Made by a program: the position numbers and the translations under genes
Notes under the pieces: generated by a model
Databases searched by the model: none
Told to the model about the DNA's origin: nothing
The model's input: the letters and a program-made list of their open reading frames with translations, nothing else
NCBI GenBank assembly: GCA_963667405.1
Contig: OY763408.1
Span: 579,757-643,756, forward strand
Length of the DNA: 64,000 nucleotides
Source: an uncultured Sphaerochaeta sp.
Lineage (GTDB): Bacteria > Spirochaetota > Spirochaetia > Sphaerochaetales > Sphaerochaetaceae
Direction of reading: 5' to 3'
Part shown: positions 28,139-37,680 of the stretch, in pieces
Numbering within the stretch: position 1 is the first letter of the stretch
Layout: the number at the start of each line of letters is the position of its first letter

Positions 28139-28711
28139 TCAATGCTTGTCGACGGTGAAGCGTACCACCATATGCACCACAGCAGGCTGGTTGGACTCGT
28201 TGGTGATTGAGTGCTCGATGTCGCAGTGATACACGAGGAAATCGCCCTTGCGGATCTCAGCACTGTTCTCTCCCACCTGTACCTTGACCGCTCCCTTGAC
28301 GACCGTCAGGAACTCCTGGGTGCCGGGGTAGTGAGGCTCACTGGCCAGCTTGCTGTGCGGCTCGAAGCTCACCAGGTACATCTCCAGCTCTTCGACCATG
28401 TTCAGCGGGCTGAGGATGCGTATGGATACCCCGTTCTCCCGTGTTTCCAGCTTCGGAGCCTCTTCCCCTGCAGGATTGAGGGTGAAGACACGCTTGGGCT
28501 GGTCATCGGTGTCGAGCAGGTCGTTCAGTTCCACGTTCAGGCCGCGGGCAATCTTCCATACGGTGGCAACCGTAGGATTGACCTTGTCGGACTCAATCTG
28601 GCTGAGCATCGCCTTGGAGACACCCGAACGTTCGGAAAGGACGTTGAGGGTGAGCTTGCGGCTGGTGCGCAGGCGTTGGATGTTTTTTCCAATCATCGGA
28701 GGGGTATCCAT
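28139..28711 (-). CDS. XRE-family HTH regulator with a C-terminal cupin domain
   Basis: IGKNIQRLRTSRKLTLNVLSERSGVSKAMLSQIESDKVNPTVATVWKIARGLNV (HTH_3), then cupin beta-strands (EFLTVVKGAVKVQVGE...GDFLVYHCDIEHS). Confidence 0.85.
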   Translation of the reverse strand: MDTPPMIGKNIQRLRTSRKLTLNVLSERSGVSKAMLSQIESDKVNPTVATVWKIARGLNVELNDLLDTDDQPKRVFTLNPAGEEAPKLETRENGVSIRILSPLNMVEELEMYLVSFEPHSKLASEPHYPGTQEFLTVVKGAVKVQVGENSAEIRKGDFLVYHCDIEHSITNESNQPAVVHMVVRFTVDKH

Positions 28712-28737
28712 TTCAGAGCTCCTGCGGGGTAATAAGT

Positions 28738-28766
28738 TTGACATAGTGAAACATGTTTACTATAAT
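28738..28766 (+). promoter_or_regulatory. Consensus sigma70-type promoter of tdh-kbl
   Basis: TTGACA (28738-28743), a 17-nt spacer, then TATAAT (28761-28766), 64 nt upstream of the tdh ATG. Confidence 0.6.
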
Positions 28767-28776
28767 GAACATGTCC
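28749..28776. promoter_or_regulatory. Two ACATGT-centred palindromic boxes overlapping the tdh promoter (candidate operator for the XRE-cupin regulator)
   Basis: AAACATGTTT (28749-28758, a perfect 10-bp palindrome inside the spacer) and GAACATGTCC (28767-28776, just after the -10). The centres are 18 bp apart. Confidence 0.35.
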
Positions 28777-28829
28777 ATTGTAAGCTGGGTTGTCTGCCTT
28801 GTCAAGGAATGCGACCTTTGGAGGTCTTC

Positions 28830-29780
28830 ATGAAGAACATTCTGATCATCGGTTCGTTGGGCCAACTTGGCTCTGAGATTGCCCTTGAGTGCCGCAAGCG
28901 CTACGGGGACGAGCACGTCGTGTTGACCGATATCCGCGACGATGTGAACAGGCCACTGGTGGAAGGTGGTCCCTTCTACAAGATTGACGCGCGGGACGGC
29001 GCGGCGGTGGCACGGATCGTGAAGGATCATCACATCGACACCATCTATCACCTTGCCGCTGTCCTTTCGGCGAGAGCCGAAAAAGATCCGCTGAATGCCT
29101 GGAACCTGAACATGGGCGGGCTCATCACCACCCTGGAGGTCGCCAAGGAGCTGGGTTGTGCCGTGTTCACCCCCTCCTCAATCGGCGCATTCGGACCCAC
29201 GACTCCCAAACAGTACACGCCGCAGGACACCATCCAGCGACCGACTTCCATCTACGGGGTCACCAAGGTTGCAGGTGAGCTGCTCTGTGACTACTACTAT
29301 CATAAGTTCGATGTCGATACCCGTGGCATCCGCTTTCCGGGGGTCATCAGCAACATGACGCCTCCGGGCGGCGGAACCACCGACTATGCGGTGGAGATTT
29401 ACTATGAGGCGGTGAGGAATCACCACTACACCTGTTTCCTGCGCGGGGACACCTACCTGGACATGATCTATATGCCCGATGCCGTGGAGGCTGCCATCAG
29501 GATCATGGAAGCAAACCCTGCAAAACTGAGGCACCGCAATGCCTTCAATATTGCTGCAATGAGCTTCTGCCCTGAAGAGCAGGCAGCCTATATACGTACC
29601 CATATCCCTGACTTCACCATCAGTTATGACATTGATCCCGTAAAGCAGGCTATCGCTGACTCATGGCCTGACAGTCTTGAGGACTATGCCGCAAGGGTGG
29701 AATGGGACTGGAAACCGAAGTATGATCTAGGTGCCATGACAGCCGACATGCTGCAAACCATCACAAGGAGGGAAGCATGA
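28830..29780 (+). CDS. tdh: L-threonine 3-dehydrogenase, NAD-dependent epimerase/SDR type
   Basis: IIGSLGQLGSE Rossmann motif, YGVTKVAGE (YxxxK), and translational coupling to kbl. ATG 28830 has GGAGG upstream. The 476-aa track ORF is an over-extension antisense to the regulator gene. Confidence 0.88.
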   Translation: MKNILIIGSLGQLGSEIALECRKRYGDEHVVLTDIRDDVNRPLVEGGPFYKIDARDGAAVARIVKDHHIDTIYHLAAVLSARAEKDPLNAWNLNMGGLITTLEVAKELGCAVFTPSSIGAFGPTTPKQYTPQDTIQRPTSIYGVTKVAGELLCDYYYHKFDVDTRGIRFPGVISNMTPPGGGTTDYAVEIYYEAVRNHHYTCFLRGDTYLDMIYMPDAVEAAIRIMEANPAKLRHRNAFNIAAMSFCPEEQAAYIRTHIPDFTISYDIDPVKQAIADSWPDSLEDYAARVEWDWKPKYDLGAMTADMLQTITRREA

Positions 29781-30961
29781 CCGAACAAGTGAAAAAGGAG
29801 CTTGAAGAGTTCCTTGCACTCCAGGAGGAGCAGGGACTGCTCAAGCGCGAGCGTGTGCTTGAGGGGAGCCAGAACAGATCGATCTTGGTGGACGGAAAGC
29901 CGGTACTCAACTTTTGCGCCAACAACTACCTGGGGCTTTCCGACAACAAGGAAGTCATCCAGGCCGCGAAGGATGCGATGGACAGGTGGGGGTACGGACT
30001 TTCGTCGGTCCGCTTCATCTGCGGGACACAGCAGATACACAAGGAGTTGGAGAGGCGCATCAGTTCCTTCCTCCGAACCGATGATACCATTCTCTTCTCC
30101 TCTTGCTTCGATGCAAACGGAGCACTCTTTGAGCCGCTTTTGGGAGAGGAAGACGCCGTCATCAGCGATGAGCTGAACCATGCCTCCATCATCGATGGCA
30201 TACGCCTGAGCAAAGCCCAGCGGCTGCGGTACAAGCACAGCGATATGGAGAGTCTCAAGAGCTGTCTGGAAGAGAGCAAACAGAGCCGAAGGCGCCTGAT
30301 CGCCACCGATGGTGTCTTCTCCATGGACGGGGATATTGCACGCCTGAAAGAGATCTGCGCCCTTGCCAAGCAGTATGATGCCTTGGTCATGGTGGATGAC
30401 TCCCATGCCACCGGCTATCTGGGCAAGACCGGACGCGGAACCGTGGAGCTCTGTGGGGTGGAAGGCCAGGTTGACCTGATCACCACCACCTTCGGCAAGG
30501 CCTGCGGAGGTGCAAGCGGAGGCTGCATCAGTGGTAACCAGCTGCTGATAGACCTCTACCGCCAGCGTGCCCGGCCCTATCTCTTCTCCAATACCCTTGC
30601 CCCGGCAATTTGCGGGGGTACGCTGAAGGTGCTCGATCTTCTGGAAGCGGGCAACCCCTTCAAGGAAATCACGCTCAGCAACGCACACTACTTCAGAAGC
30701 GAGATGGAAAAGGCTGGGTTTGATCTGGTCAAGGGTGAGACTGCCATCGTCCCGGTGATGGTCTATGATGAGCCGAAGGCTGTTGCCCTGGCCGACCGTC
30801 TCTTGCAGGCCGGCATCTATGTCATCGGATTCTGTTACCCGGTTGTCCCGAAGGGGAAGGCGAGGATACGTGTCCAGCTCTCGGCGACCCACACCAAAGC
30901 GGATGTGGATCGTGCTGTACAGGCTTTTGTAACTGAAGGCAGGAAGATGGGTCTGATCTAG
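29777..30961 (+). CDS. kbl: 2-amino-3-ketobutyrate CoA ligase (glycine C-acetyltransferase)
   Basis: NFCANNYLGL, DELNHASIIDG, DDSHATG, and the TFGKACGG PLP-lysine region. ATGA overlap with tdh. Confidence 0.93.
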   Translation: MTEQVKKELEEFLALQEEQGLLKRERVLEGSQNRSILVDGKPVLNFCANNYLGLSDNKEVIQAAKDAMDRWGYGLSSVRFICGTQQIHKELERRISSFLRTDDTILFSSCFDANGALFEPLLGEEDAVISDELNHASIIDGIRLSKAQRLRYKHSDMESLKSCLEESKQSRRRLIATDGVFSMDGDIARLKEICALAKQYDALVMVDDSHATGYLGKTGRGTVELCGVEGQVDLITTTFGKACGGASGGCISGNQLLIDLYRQRARPYLFSNTLAPAICGGTLKVLDLLEAGNPFKEITLSNAHYFRSEMEKAGFDLVKGETAIVPVMVYDEPKAVALADRLLQAGIYVIGFCYPVVPKGKARIRVQLSATHTKADVDRAVQAFVTEGRKMGLI

Positions 30962-32373
30962 GAGAAGATCCTCTTTTCCAGCTCTTGCGAATATGCTTTC
31001 AGATCGGCAAGTACCCGTTTCTCCTCAGCAGAGACGTCGGTGCTTGCCAATTTTTCCTCTATCTTGCGATTGAAGAACGTCCAGTTCATCTTCACCTGGC
31101 CCGGTGGATTGAGGGTGCGGTTGGCGCAATACGAACGCCATTTGCGCATCTGGTCCTCGGTGAAGACTTCGCTCCAGTTCCGGCCCACGTGCCTGAAGAG
31201 CATGGTCGGGATGCGAGTGTCCTCGAAATCGAGGTTCAGTGAGAGTTTTTCCTTCGGCTGGGCTGCCCTGATGAGGGCGAAGCGCTTCTGGTCGGCATCC
31301 CCGAAGAAACGATCATAGAGCTGGAAGTCCACATCATCGACACCTTCGAATGAGTCCTCGTAGTTGCGTGCCAGCAACAGCAGTTTCGGCTCGTTGATGA
31401 TCTGCTGGTGCCTGAAGAGGGCCAGTTTCTTGTCCAGTCCCAGCTTGATCGCAAGCTGGTCGGTAAGGACACTGAGCGGAGAGACGAAGGGGCACTTGTT
31501 TATGGCAAGTGTGAATACGCCATCCACTTTGAGAAGATTCTCCTCGGTGGCCTGCAACAGGGGTGCAATGTCCCTGCTCAGGTCAAAGCAGATGACAGCG
31601 TTTGGGTTGTTGCGCATGTGCGTGATCGGGGTGATCAGGCGTGAGCATCCTTCGTTCTTGCTGAAAAAGGCTGCGGTATAGAGCACCGGTTCCCCGAAGG
31701 GGGTCCCTACAATCTTTTTTACCTGTGACTTGGCGCGAAGGGCGAAGTAGTAGTCGTAGAGCTTGGGCTGCTTCTCCTTGATGAGGCGTGCGATGCTGAT
31801 GGTCGCCACCACATCCACCAGTGCGTCATGGGCGCCGACCTGCTCAATGTCATTGGCCTCGGTGAGGGCGGTCAGGCGGAAGGTCGGATTCCCCGTCTCT
31901 TCCTTGCGTGGCGGCCATTTGATGCCCTCGGGGCGCAGGTCGTAGGCAGCTCTCACCAGATCGATGATGTCCCAGCGGCTGCAGTTGTTGTCCCACTCCC
32001 GTTTGTAGGGGTCCAGGAAGTTCCGATAGAGAGCATTGCGGATGAACTCATCGTCGAAACGGATGTTGTTGAAACCAGCTACCACGGTATTGGGTTTTGA
32101 GAACTCCGCATTGATGCGTTCGATCAACTCACTTTCGCACAGGCCCTTGCGGTTCACTTCCTGGGGCGTGATGCCGGTTATTGTGCACGAGAGCGGATCG
32201 GGAAGGTAGTCGTCGCTGAGTTTGGCGTAGAGCACGATGGGCTCTCCGATGGGGTTGAGGTCAAGGTCGGTTCTCTGTCCTGCAAACTGTGCGATCCTGT
32301 CATACCTGCTGTCCAGGCCGAAGGTTTCTAGGTCATACCAGAAGATGGTGGTTTGTTTGGCGTGGTAACTCAT
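30958..32373 (-). CDS. sbcB: Exodeoxyribonuclease I
   Basis: TIFWYDLETFGLDSRYDRIAQFAGQRTD (DEDDh Exo I motif), GFNNIRFDDEF, HDALVDV, and an SH3-like/helical C-terminal region. The start at ATG 32373 was chosen by alignment to the E. coli N-terminus; 32439 is an alternative. Confidence 0.85.
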   Translation of the reverse strand: MSYHAKQTTIFWYDLETFGLDSRYDRIAQFAGQRTDLDLNPIGEPIVLYAKLSDDYLPDPLSCTITGITPQEVNRKGLCESELIERINAEFSKPNTVVAGFNNIRFDDEFIRNALYRNFLDPYKREWDNNCSRWDIIDLVRAAYDLRPEGIKWPPRKEETGNPTFRLTALTEANDIEQVGAHDALVDVVATISIARLIKEKQPKLYDYYFALRAKSQVKKIVGTPFGEPVLYTAAFFSKNEGCSRLITPITHMRNNPNAVICFDLSRDIAPLLQATEENLLKVDGVFTLAINKCPFVSPLSVLTDQLAIKLGLDKKLALFRHQQIINEPKLLLLARNYEDSFEGVDDVDFQLYDRFFGDADQKRFALIRAAQPKEKLSLNLDFEDTRIPTMLFRHVGRNWSEVFTEDQMRKWRSYCANRTLNPPGQVKMNWTFFNRKIEEKLASTDVSAEEKRVLADLKAYSQELEKRIFS

Positions 32374-32470
32374 GCCAACAAGTGTATCATATTCGCCGGC
32401 TTCTGTCTTTTTTCCAAGCTGAGGTTGTTCTCTTTCCATCAGTGATTTATGATGGAGGAAAAGGGTTGTC

Positions 32471-33088
32471 ATGAAATACCTAGTGACCATAGTGCTGTTG
32501 TTGTCCCTCCTAGCCCCGCTCGGGGCAAAGGCTCCTACTGCCAACGATGTGACGGTTGCGATTGCCGCCATCACCGATTCGGCCATTTGTACGGTTGCCG
32601 CTTTTCTGAACTCTCCTTCCCTTGAGTTGCCCGGGAGCACTCTTCACTTCAGGTCCAATGAGACCCTTCCTTCCCTCCTCATCTTCCAGCAGTCCGATAT
32701 CGGCTCATACCTGCCGGTCTTCCTCAAGACGAAGGAGGGCAACGGATCCTTCTTCGCTTCGCTCTTGCAGGCTGCGCGCGGTCCATTGAACGATATTGCC
32801 ATCCAGTACCTTACCGTCCATGGCTGGGAAGTTGGGCATGCCATTCTCAAGGGGGCCGCGGTCACCAGCTGGGGAGAGGGCATGACCTTGGCCAGTCTCA
32901 TGACAAGTGTTGTGACCAGCGGACGGATCCCTCCCATTCTTGTTGCAACCGATGTGACGGTTGAAGGCAGAAGGGTAAGCACCCCTGTTCGTGTTGAGGG
33001 GACTTTTATGTTACACTCCGATGACGAGGGCTATTTTGCAGTACGCCCCCTTACGCTGAAAATCAATGGGGAGGAACGGGAAGTCTAG
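32471..33088 (+). CDS. Secreted hypothetical protein
   Basis: 205 aa with the signal peptide MKYLVTIVLLLSLLAPLGAKA. No recognisable domain. Confidence 0.5.
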   Translation: MKYLVTIVLLLSLLAPLGAKAPTANDVTVAIAAITDSAICTVAAFLNSPSLELPGSTLHFRSNETLPSLLIFQQSDIGSYLPVFLKTKEGNGSFFASLLQAARGPLNDIAIQYLTVHGWEVGHAILKGAAVTSWGEGMTLASLMTSVVTSGRIPPILVATDVTVEGRRVSTPVRVEGTFMLHSDDEGYFAVRPLTLKINGEEREV

Positions 33089-33117
33089 GTCGGCTTTCCC
33101 AACCCCTAGGAGGAATC

Positions 33118-34428
33118 ATGTCCGATATTGTCCAGAAGACCGCAGATTTCTTGTCCCGGCGGGGAGTAGACCCAGCCACCGTTGACATGCACCAGCTTAT
33201 TGATATGTTCCTGAGTGAGATGGAACGGGGGCTTGCCGGTGATGAAGGCGGCTCTTTGAAGATGATCCCCACCTATACCGAAATCGTCCATGCCCTTCCC
33301 AAGAATGAACCGGTCATTGTCCTCGATGCGGGCGGGACCAACTTCCGCACCTGCCTTGTCACCTTCGATGACGAGGGAGTGGCCCATATCGAGGATTTCC
33401 GGAAAGTCTCCATGCCTGGGGTAAAGGAAGAGGTTACTGCCCAGCAGTTCTTCAGTACCTTTGCTGACAATGTGGAGCGCCTGATCGACAAGAGTGACAA
33501 AATCGGATTCTGCTTCTCGTACGCTGCTGCCATCACCAGCGACCATGATGGCATCCCCTTGGTGTTTTCCAAAGAGATCAAGGCTCCCGAGGTCATCGGA
33601 AAGCCTGTGGGGGCAAGCTTGCTTGCTGAGCTGGCAAGACGGGGCTACGATGTCTCACGCAAGAAGCTTGCCCTGCTCAATGACACGGTGGCAACCCTGC
33701 TTGCAGGCCAGGCGGCTCCCACCTCGAATGCCTACAGCGGCTACATCGGCTTCATCCTGGGGACCGGCACCAATACCGCCTATGTGGAGCAGAACAGCGC
33801 AATCGGAAAACTGAATGTTGCTGATGCCAGGAGCCAGATCATCAACATTGAGTCCGGAAACTTCGACTTCTGTCCCAGTGAGCTTGACCGTCAGTTCTTC
33901 GACTCCACCAAGCAGCCCGAGCAGTATCATCTGGAGAAGATGATAAGCGGAGCGTATCTCGGTCCTCTGAGCAGTCTGGTCATCACCAAGGCCATCGAGG
34001 ACGGGGTGCTGAGCCAGACCTTCGCCGCTCGGTATGCCAAGCTTGGTGGGGTGAACACCACGGTGATGAGCAACTACCTTGAGATGCCGTACAACCAGGA
34101 GTATGCGCTTGTCGCTTGCTGTGACGGCAACACCGACGATGCCATCGCCCTGTGGATGATCATAGACTCCATCATTGCCCGTGCAGCCAAGCTCACTGCG
34201 GCGAATCTTGCCGCAACGGTGATCAAGAGCGGTGCAGGAACCGATCCTCGCCACCCGGTGTGCATCAATGCCGACGGAACGACGTTCTACAAGACCGAGT
34301 ATCTGAAGAAGTACACCGAGTACTATCTGCATACGTATCTTCAGCTGGAGCGCAAGCGGTACTACCAGTTCGTCAGGATCGACGACTCACCAACCATTGG
34401 GGCGGCCATTGCAGGTCTGAGCCTCTAG
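33118..34428 (+). CDS. Hexokinase-family sugar kinase (eukaryote-type)
   Basis: VLDAGGTNFR, LLNDTVATLLAG, FILGTGTNTAY, IESGNF. AGGAGG precedes the ATG. Confidence 0.85.
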   Translation: MSDIVQKTADFLSRRGVDPATVDMHQLIDMFLSEMERGLAGDEGGSLKMIPTYTEIVHALPKNEPVIVLDAGGTNFRTCLVTFDDEGVAHIEDFRKVSMPGVKEEVTAQQFFSTFADNVERLIDKSDKIGFCFSYAAAITSDHDGIPLVFSKEIKAPEVIGKPVGASLLAELARRGYDVSRKKLALLNDTVATLLAGQAAPTSNAYSGYIGFILGTGTNTAYVEQNSAIGKLNVADARSQIINIESGNFDFCPSELDRQFFDSTKQPEQYHLEKMISGAYLGPLSSLVITKAIEDGVLSQTFAARYAKLGGVNTTVMSNYLEMPYNQEYALVACCDGNTDDAIALWMIIDSIIARAAKLTAANLAATVIKSGAGTDPRHPVCINADGTTFYKTEYLKKYTEYYLHTYLQLERKRYYQFVRIDDSPTIGAAIAGLSL

Positions 34429-34441
34429 GAAGGAGTGTCCC

Positions 34442-34873
34442 TTGGGTGACTGTTTTTCGCTGGAAACGCGAAGCAGGATCATGGCGAGCATCAAGGCAAA
34501 GGATACCAAGGCTGAACTGTTGGTCAGACGCCATCTGTTCCGCCATGGGTTCCGCTATCGGGTCAATGATGCTCGCTTGCCCGGCAAACCCGATATCGTG
34601 CTTCCCAAATACAAGACCGTCATTTTTCTCCACGGTTGCTTTTGGCATGCCCACCAGGGGTGTCCTCATTTCGTCTTGCCAAAGACCAATAGTCCGTTCT
34701 GGGAACAAAAGCTTGCAAGAAACAGGCAGCGGGACCAAGAAGTCACTGCGCGGTTGCTGAGTATGGGCTACCGTGTGCTGGTGATATGGGAGTGCGAGCT
34801 CTCTCCCGCCAAGCGGCGGGAGGAGACCCTGGAAGGGTTGCTCAACGAGTTGTGGCAGGGCGGTGATGCTTAG
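34442..34873 (+). CDS. vsr: Very-short-patch repair endonuclease
   Basis: TRSRIMASIKAKDTKAELLVRRHLFRHGFRYRVNDARLPGKPDIVLPKYKTVIFLHGCFWHAH...VIWECEL aligns along its length with E. coli Vsr. TTG start with AAGGAG 6 nt upstream. Confidence 0.9.
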   Translation: MGDCFSLETRSRIMASIKAKDTKAELLVRRHLFRHGFRYRVNDARLPGKPDIVLPKYKTVIFLHGCFWHAHQGCPHFVLPKTNSPFWEQKLARNRQRDQEVTARLLSMGYRVLVIWECELSPAKRREETLEGLLNELWQGGDA

Positions 34874-36771
34874 GCTTCTGCAGCAGTTGCAAGCATTGAG
34901 CGATGCCAGTCAAGCAGATAGTGGTAGCGGTCAGGGTCATCCCCTTTTGCATCAACAACCACCCGGAAGACCGGCTCGGTCTTGCTGCCACGCATCCACA
35001 GAAAATCGGTGATGGCGCCATCCTTGTCCCTGAAAACCACCTTGTAGCCACCTGTGTAGGGCTCGCAGCGATGTTCTTCCCCCATGCCCTCATGGCTTTC
35101 GGTACCTTCGGTCTGAAAGACTGCAAAGCTGTGGATATCGAATTGGGCAAGCGCTTGCTTGCGTTTCTCCCACTCGGCTTGCAGGAGTACCTCGTAGCGA
35201 TTTTTCAGGATTTGGTGGCTGATGGCAACCTGCATTTTCCCGTCATCCGAAAAAGCCCCGGTGGTCTGGAATGCGGGAAGACTTTCGATGACCTTCTCCA
35301 AGGTGATCGGGTGGGGTACCTCATGTCCGTTTGCACGGAACCAGAGCTTTGCGATATCACGGTTGCGCAGCAGCTTTACCAGGCTGAGCAAGGTGTTCAG
35401 CGGGTCGCGTACCTTTGCCGGGTGAGTGATGTTCCCCCCGTTGGACCCTTCGCCCAGGATGGGGACCAGATACCCCTCTGCCCGCTTTTTCTCGGCGAGT
35501 TCCACCACATTTGCCTCCCCAACCTCACAGCGGAAGACCTCTGCATCGAAGGTTTGGGCAATCTTGTCGATTCTCAGCGAGGTTGGACCGTTCACCACCG
35601 TAGCCAGGAGGGCGGACGGGTGGGCAAGACGGGTATGGGAGAACTCGGCAAGAACCACAAGGGCGAAGACGCTCTGCGCGTCGAGTATCTGGGCTTTGCC
35701 GCTGGACGTATCGATGTACACCAGGTTTCCCCGGTCGCCGTCATTGTCAGGAACATAGCCGATCCTGAACGACGGATCGCGTGCGTAGAGACTCTCCAGC
35801 GACTGCTGGCAGAGTTGGAGGCTTTCACCCTCCGGGACGATCGCATGAACGATCTGTCCGACTTTGTCATTGAGCATGACTACCTTGATGCCAAGCTTGG
35901 TCAAAAAGCGCTTGTCAATGCTCACCGACCGTGCACTTCCGTTCAACTCCCCCAAAATGCCCAGTGGACTTTTCTGCCCTTCCTGGGCGAGTGCACCCAC
36001 AAACGCAGCATGCTCGGACGACTGTTTGCTTTTGGTTGCCGTAAACAGTGTGAAAGCCTCATACCGGTCTTCGCTTTGCTCGCGTTGGCTCCTCACCGCT
36101 GAGAGCACCTCTTGGTACCATTGGGTGGGCATTGAGGCGCTGAGTCTTTGCAGGTAGGCCAAGGCTTGGTCCTCTTCCTGGACAATCGTGAGAAAGTGCT
36201 TTTTAAGCACCTCCGCTTCGGTTGCGGAAAATACACCACCCTTGCTGCCGAACTTGAACCCGTTGTGACCTACCGGATTATGGCTGGCGCTGATGTAGAA
36301 GAAGGCTGAGGCTTCCTCCGGATGCAGGTTGCAGTCCGCCATGATCTGGGGGGCTGCCGTGATGAAGAGGTAGCGTACCTTGCACCCGAGGCTGGTCAGG
36401 GTCCGGCAGACAATGTCTCCCAGAACCCTTCCGGTTGGTCTGGCATCGAGCCCGACAAGGATGGTGATATCGCTTTGCGCAAGTACAGGCTTGCCTTCGA
36501 GCACCGCGTCCTTGCCCGCAGCCTGCAGGCCGAGGTAGCGGCAGAGCGCCAAGGCTGCCAAGGCGGTGAGCGCCGCGTCGACAGTTCTGATCTGGTCGGT
36601 GGAGTCCTCCTCATCACCGCTTTGGGCAAACACTTTCCTCCACCCGGAAGCTGAGACGATCATGGATGACAGAGCCTGCAGGAGAGCTTCTTGGGATGGC
36701 ACGGGAAACGCAAGTGCATCGACTTGCTCATCGGCTATGGGAAGATGGCTGAGGGTATCGTAGACAAGCAT
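34870..36771 (-). CDS. Phosphohexomutase (phosphoglucomutase/phosphomannomutase family)
   Basis: Active-site loop ISASHNPVGHNGFKF, metal loop YVPDNDGDRG. 633 aa. GGAGG precedes the ATG. Confidence 0.85.
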   Translation of the reverse strand: MLVYDTLSHLPIADEQVDALAFPVPSQEALLQALSSMIVSASGWRKVFAQSGDEEDSTDQIRTVDAALTALAALALCRYLGLQAAGKDAVLEGKPVLAQSDITILVGLDARPTGRVLGDIVCRTLTSLGCKVRYLFITAAPQIMADCNLHPEEASAFFYISASHNPVGHNGFKFGSKGGVFSATEAEVLKKHFLTIVQEEDQALAYLQRLSASMPTQWYQEVLSAVRSQREQSEDRYEAFTLFTATKSKQSSEHAAFVGALAQEGQKSPLGILGELNGSARSVSIDKRFLTKLGIKVVMLNDKVGQIVHAIVPEGESLQLCQQSLESLYARDPSFRIGYVPDNDGDRGNLVYIDTSSGKAQILDAQSVFALVVLAEFSHTRLAHPSALLATVVNGPTSLRIDKIAQTFDAEVFRCEVGEANVVELAEKKRAEGYLVPILGEGSNGGNITHPAKVRDPLNTLLSLVKLLRNRDIAKLWFRANGHEVPHPITLEKVIESLPAFQTTGAFSDDGKMQVAISHQILKNRYEVLLQAEWEKRKQALAQFDIHSFAVFQTEGTESHEGMGEEHRCEPYTGGYKVVFRDKDGAITDFLWMRGSKTEPVFRVVVDAKGDDPDRYHYLLDWHRSMLATAAEA

Positions 36772-36837
36772 AGGACCTCCACAGATGCGAGTATATCACA
36801 TATTGCCATGTTTGCAGATGTACGTTAGTGTGGTTGT

Positions 36838-37680
36838 ATGTTGCCCGTCTGTGCTGCCATCCATGACCTGAGTTGCTATGCAAAAAGTTCGCTTACCGTC
36901 GTGCTTCCCACCTTGGAAGTGATGGGCGTTGAAGCATGTCCGGTTCCTACGGCCTTGCTTTCCAGCCAGACCGATGGATTTTCCTCCTATACCTTCACCG
37001 ATACCACCGAGTCCCTGTCTCAGATTCTGGCAGCGTGGGAGTCCTTGGGGCTCGGCTTCGATGCCATTTATACGGGGTTCCTCGGAAGCGGGACTCAGGT
37101 GAGTGCCATACGTTCCTTCATCCAGAAGCAACGGCATCATGCAAACCCTTTGGTCCTGGTGGATCCCGTGCTTGGTGACGGCGGCAAGCTGTACGGACCG
37201 ATGCAGGAATCAGATGTGGAAGCAATGCGCATCCTTGCCTGTGATGCCGATGTCATCACTCCCAATGTCACCGAGGCGGCTCTGCTTCTTGGCGTGCCGT
37301 ACCAAGCGCAACTGGATGAGGAAACAGCACGCTCCTGGGCAAGGAAGCTATCCTTACAAACCCAGGCCAAGGTCGCCATCACCAGTGTCAATCTGCCTAG
37401 GGGAAAAGCCATTGCCTGTTTTGATGAAGGTGAGTCTTTCCTGGTTCCCTATCAGCATCTGAGTGCATCCTACCCTGGATGCGGGGATCTGTATGCAAGT
37501 CTCTTGCTTGGGTTCTTGCTTGATAAGGAGTCCTTCCGAACTGCGGCAACTGCTGCTGCGTCCTATACTTCCCTTGCCATAGAACGGACACTGGCATGCG
37601 GCTATGAGCATCGGCATGGGGTCATGCCCTCTCTCATGTTTGCTGACCTTGTTCAGGGAAAGATAAGCCATGGCACTTGA
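36838..37680 (+). CDS. pdxK: Pyridoxal/pyridoxine/pyridoxamine kinase
   Basis: Ribokinase-fold PdxK pattern: AIHDLSCYAKSSLTVVLPTLEVMG, YTGFLGS, LVDPVLGDGGKLY, ITPNVTEAALL, GCGDLYASLL. Confidence 0.85.
   Translation: MLPVCAAIHDLSCYAKSSLTVVLPTLEVMGVEACPVPTALLSSQTDGFSSYTFTDTTESLSQILAAWESLGLGFDAIYTGFLGSGTQVSAIRSFIQKQRHHANPLVLVDPVLGDGGKLYGPMQESDVEAMRILACDADVITPNVTEAALLLGVPYQAQLDEETARSWARKLSLQTQAKVAITSVNLPRGKAIACFDEGESFLVPYQHLSASYPGCGDLYASLLLGFLLDKESFRTAATAAASYTSLAIERTLACGYEHRHGVMPSLMFADLVQGKISHGT

Noticed and set aside
28350-28829. The 476-aa version of the tdh ORF starting at 28350. Similar N-terminal over-extensions occur in the track at 9047..10582, 20514..21038, 26711..28126, 30958..32640, 38697..40145, 41102..41884, 43821..44543, 47026..48030, 49045..49992 and 57880..59079.
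   Set aside because: The extensions overlap neighbouring genes or AT-rich promoters and lack similarity to homolog N-termini. Internal ATG or GTG codons with good Shine-Dalgarno sequences match the expected protein starts.
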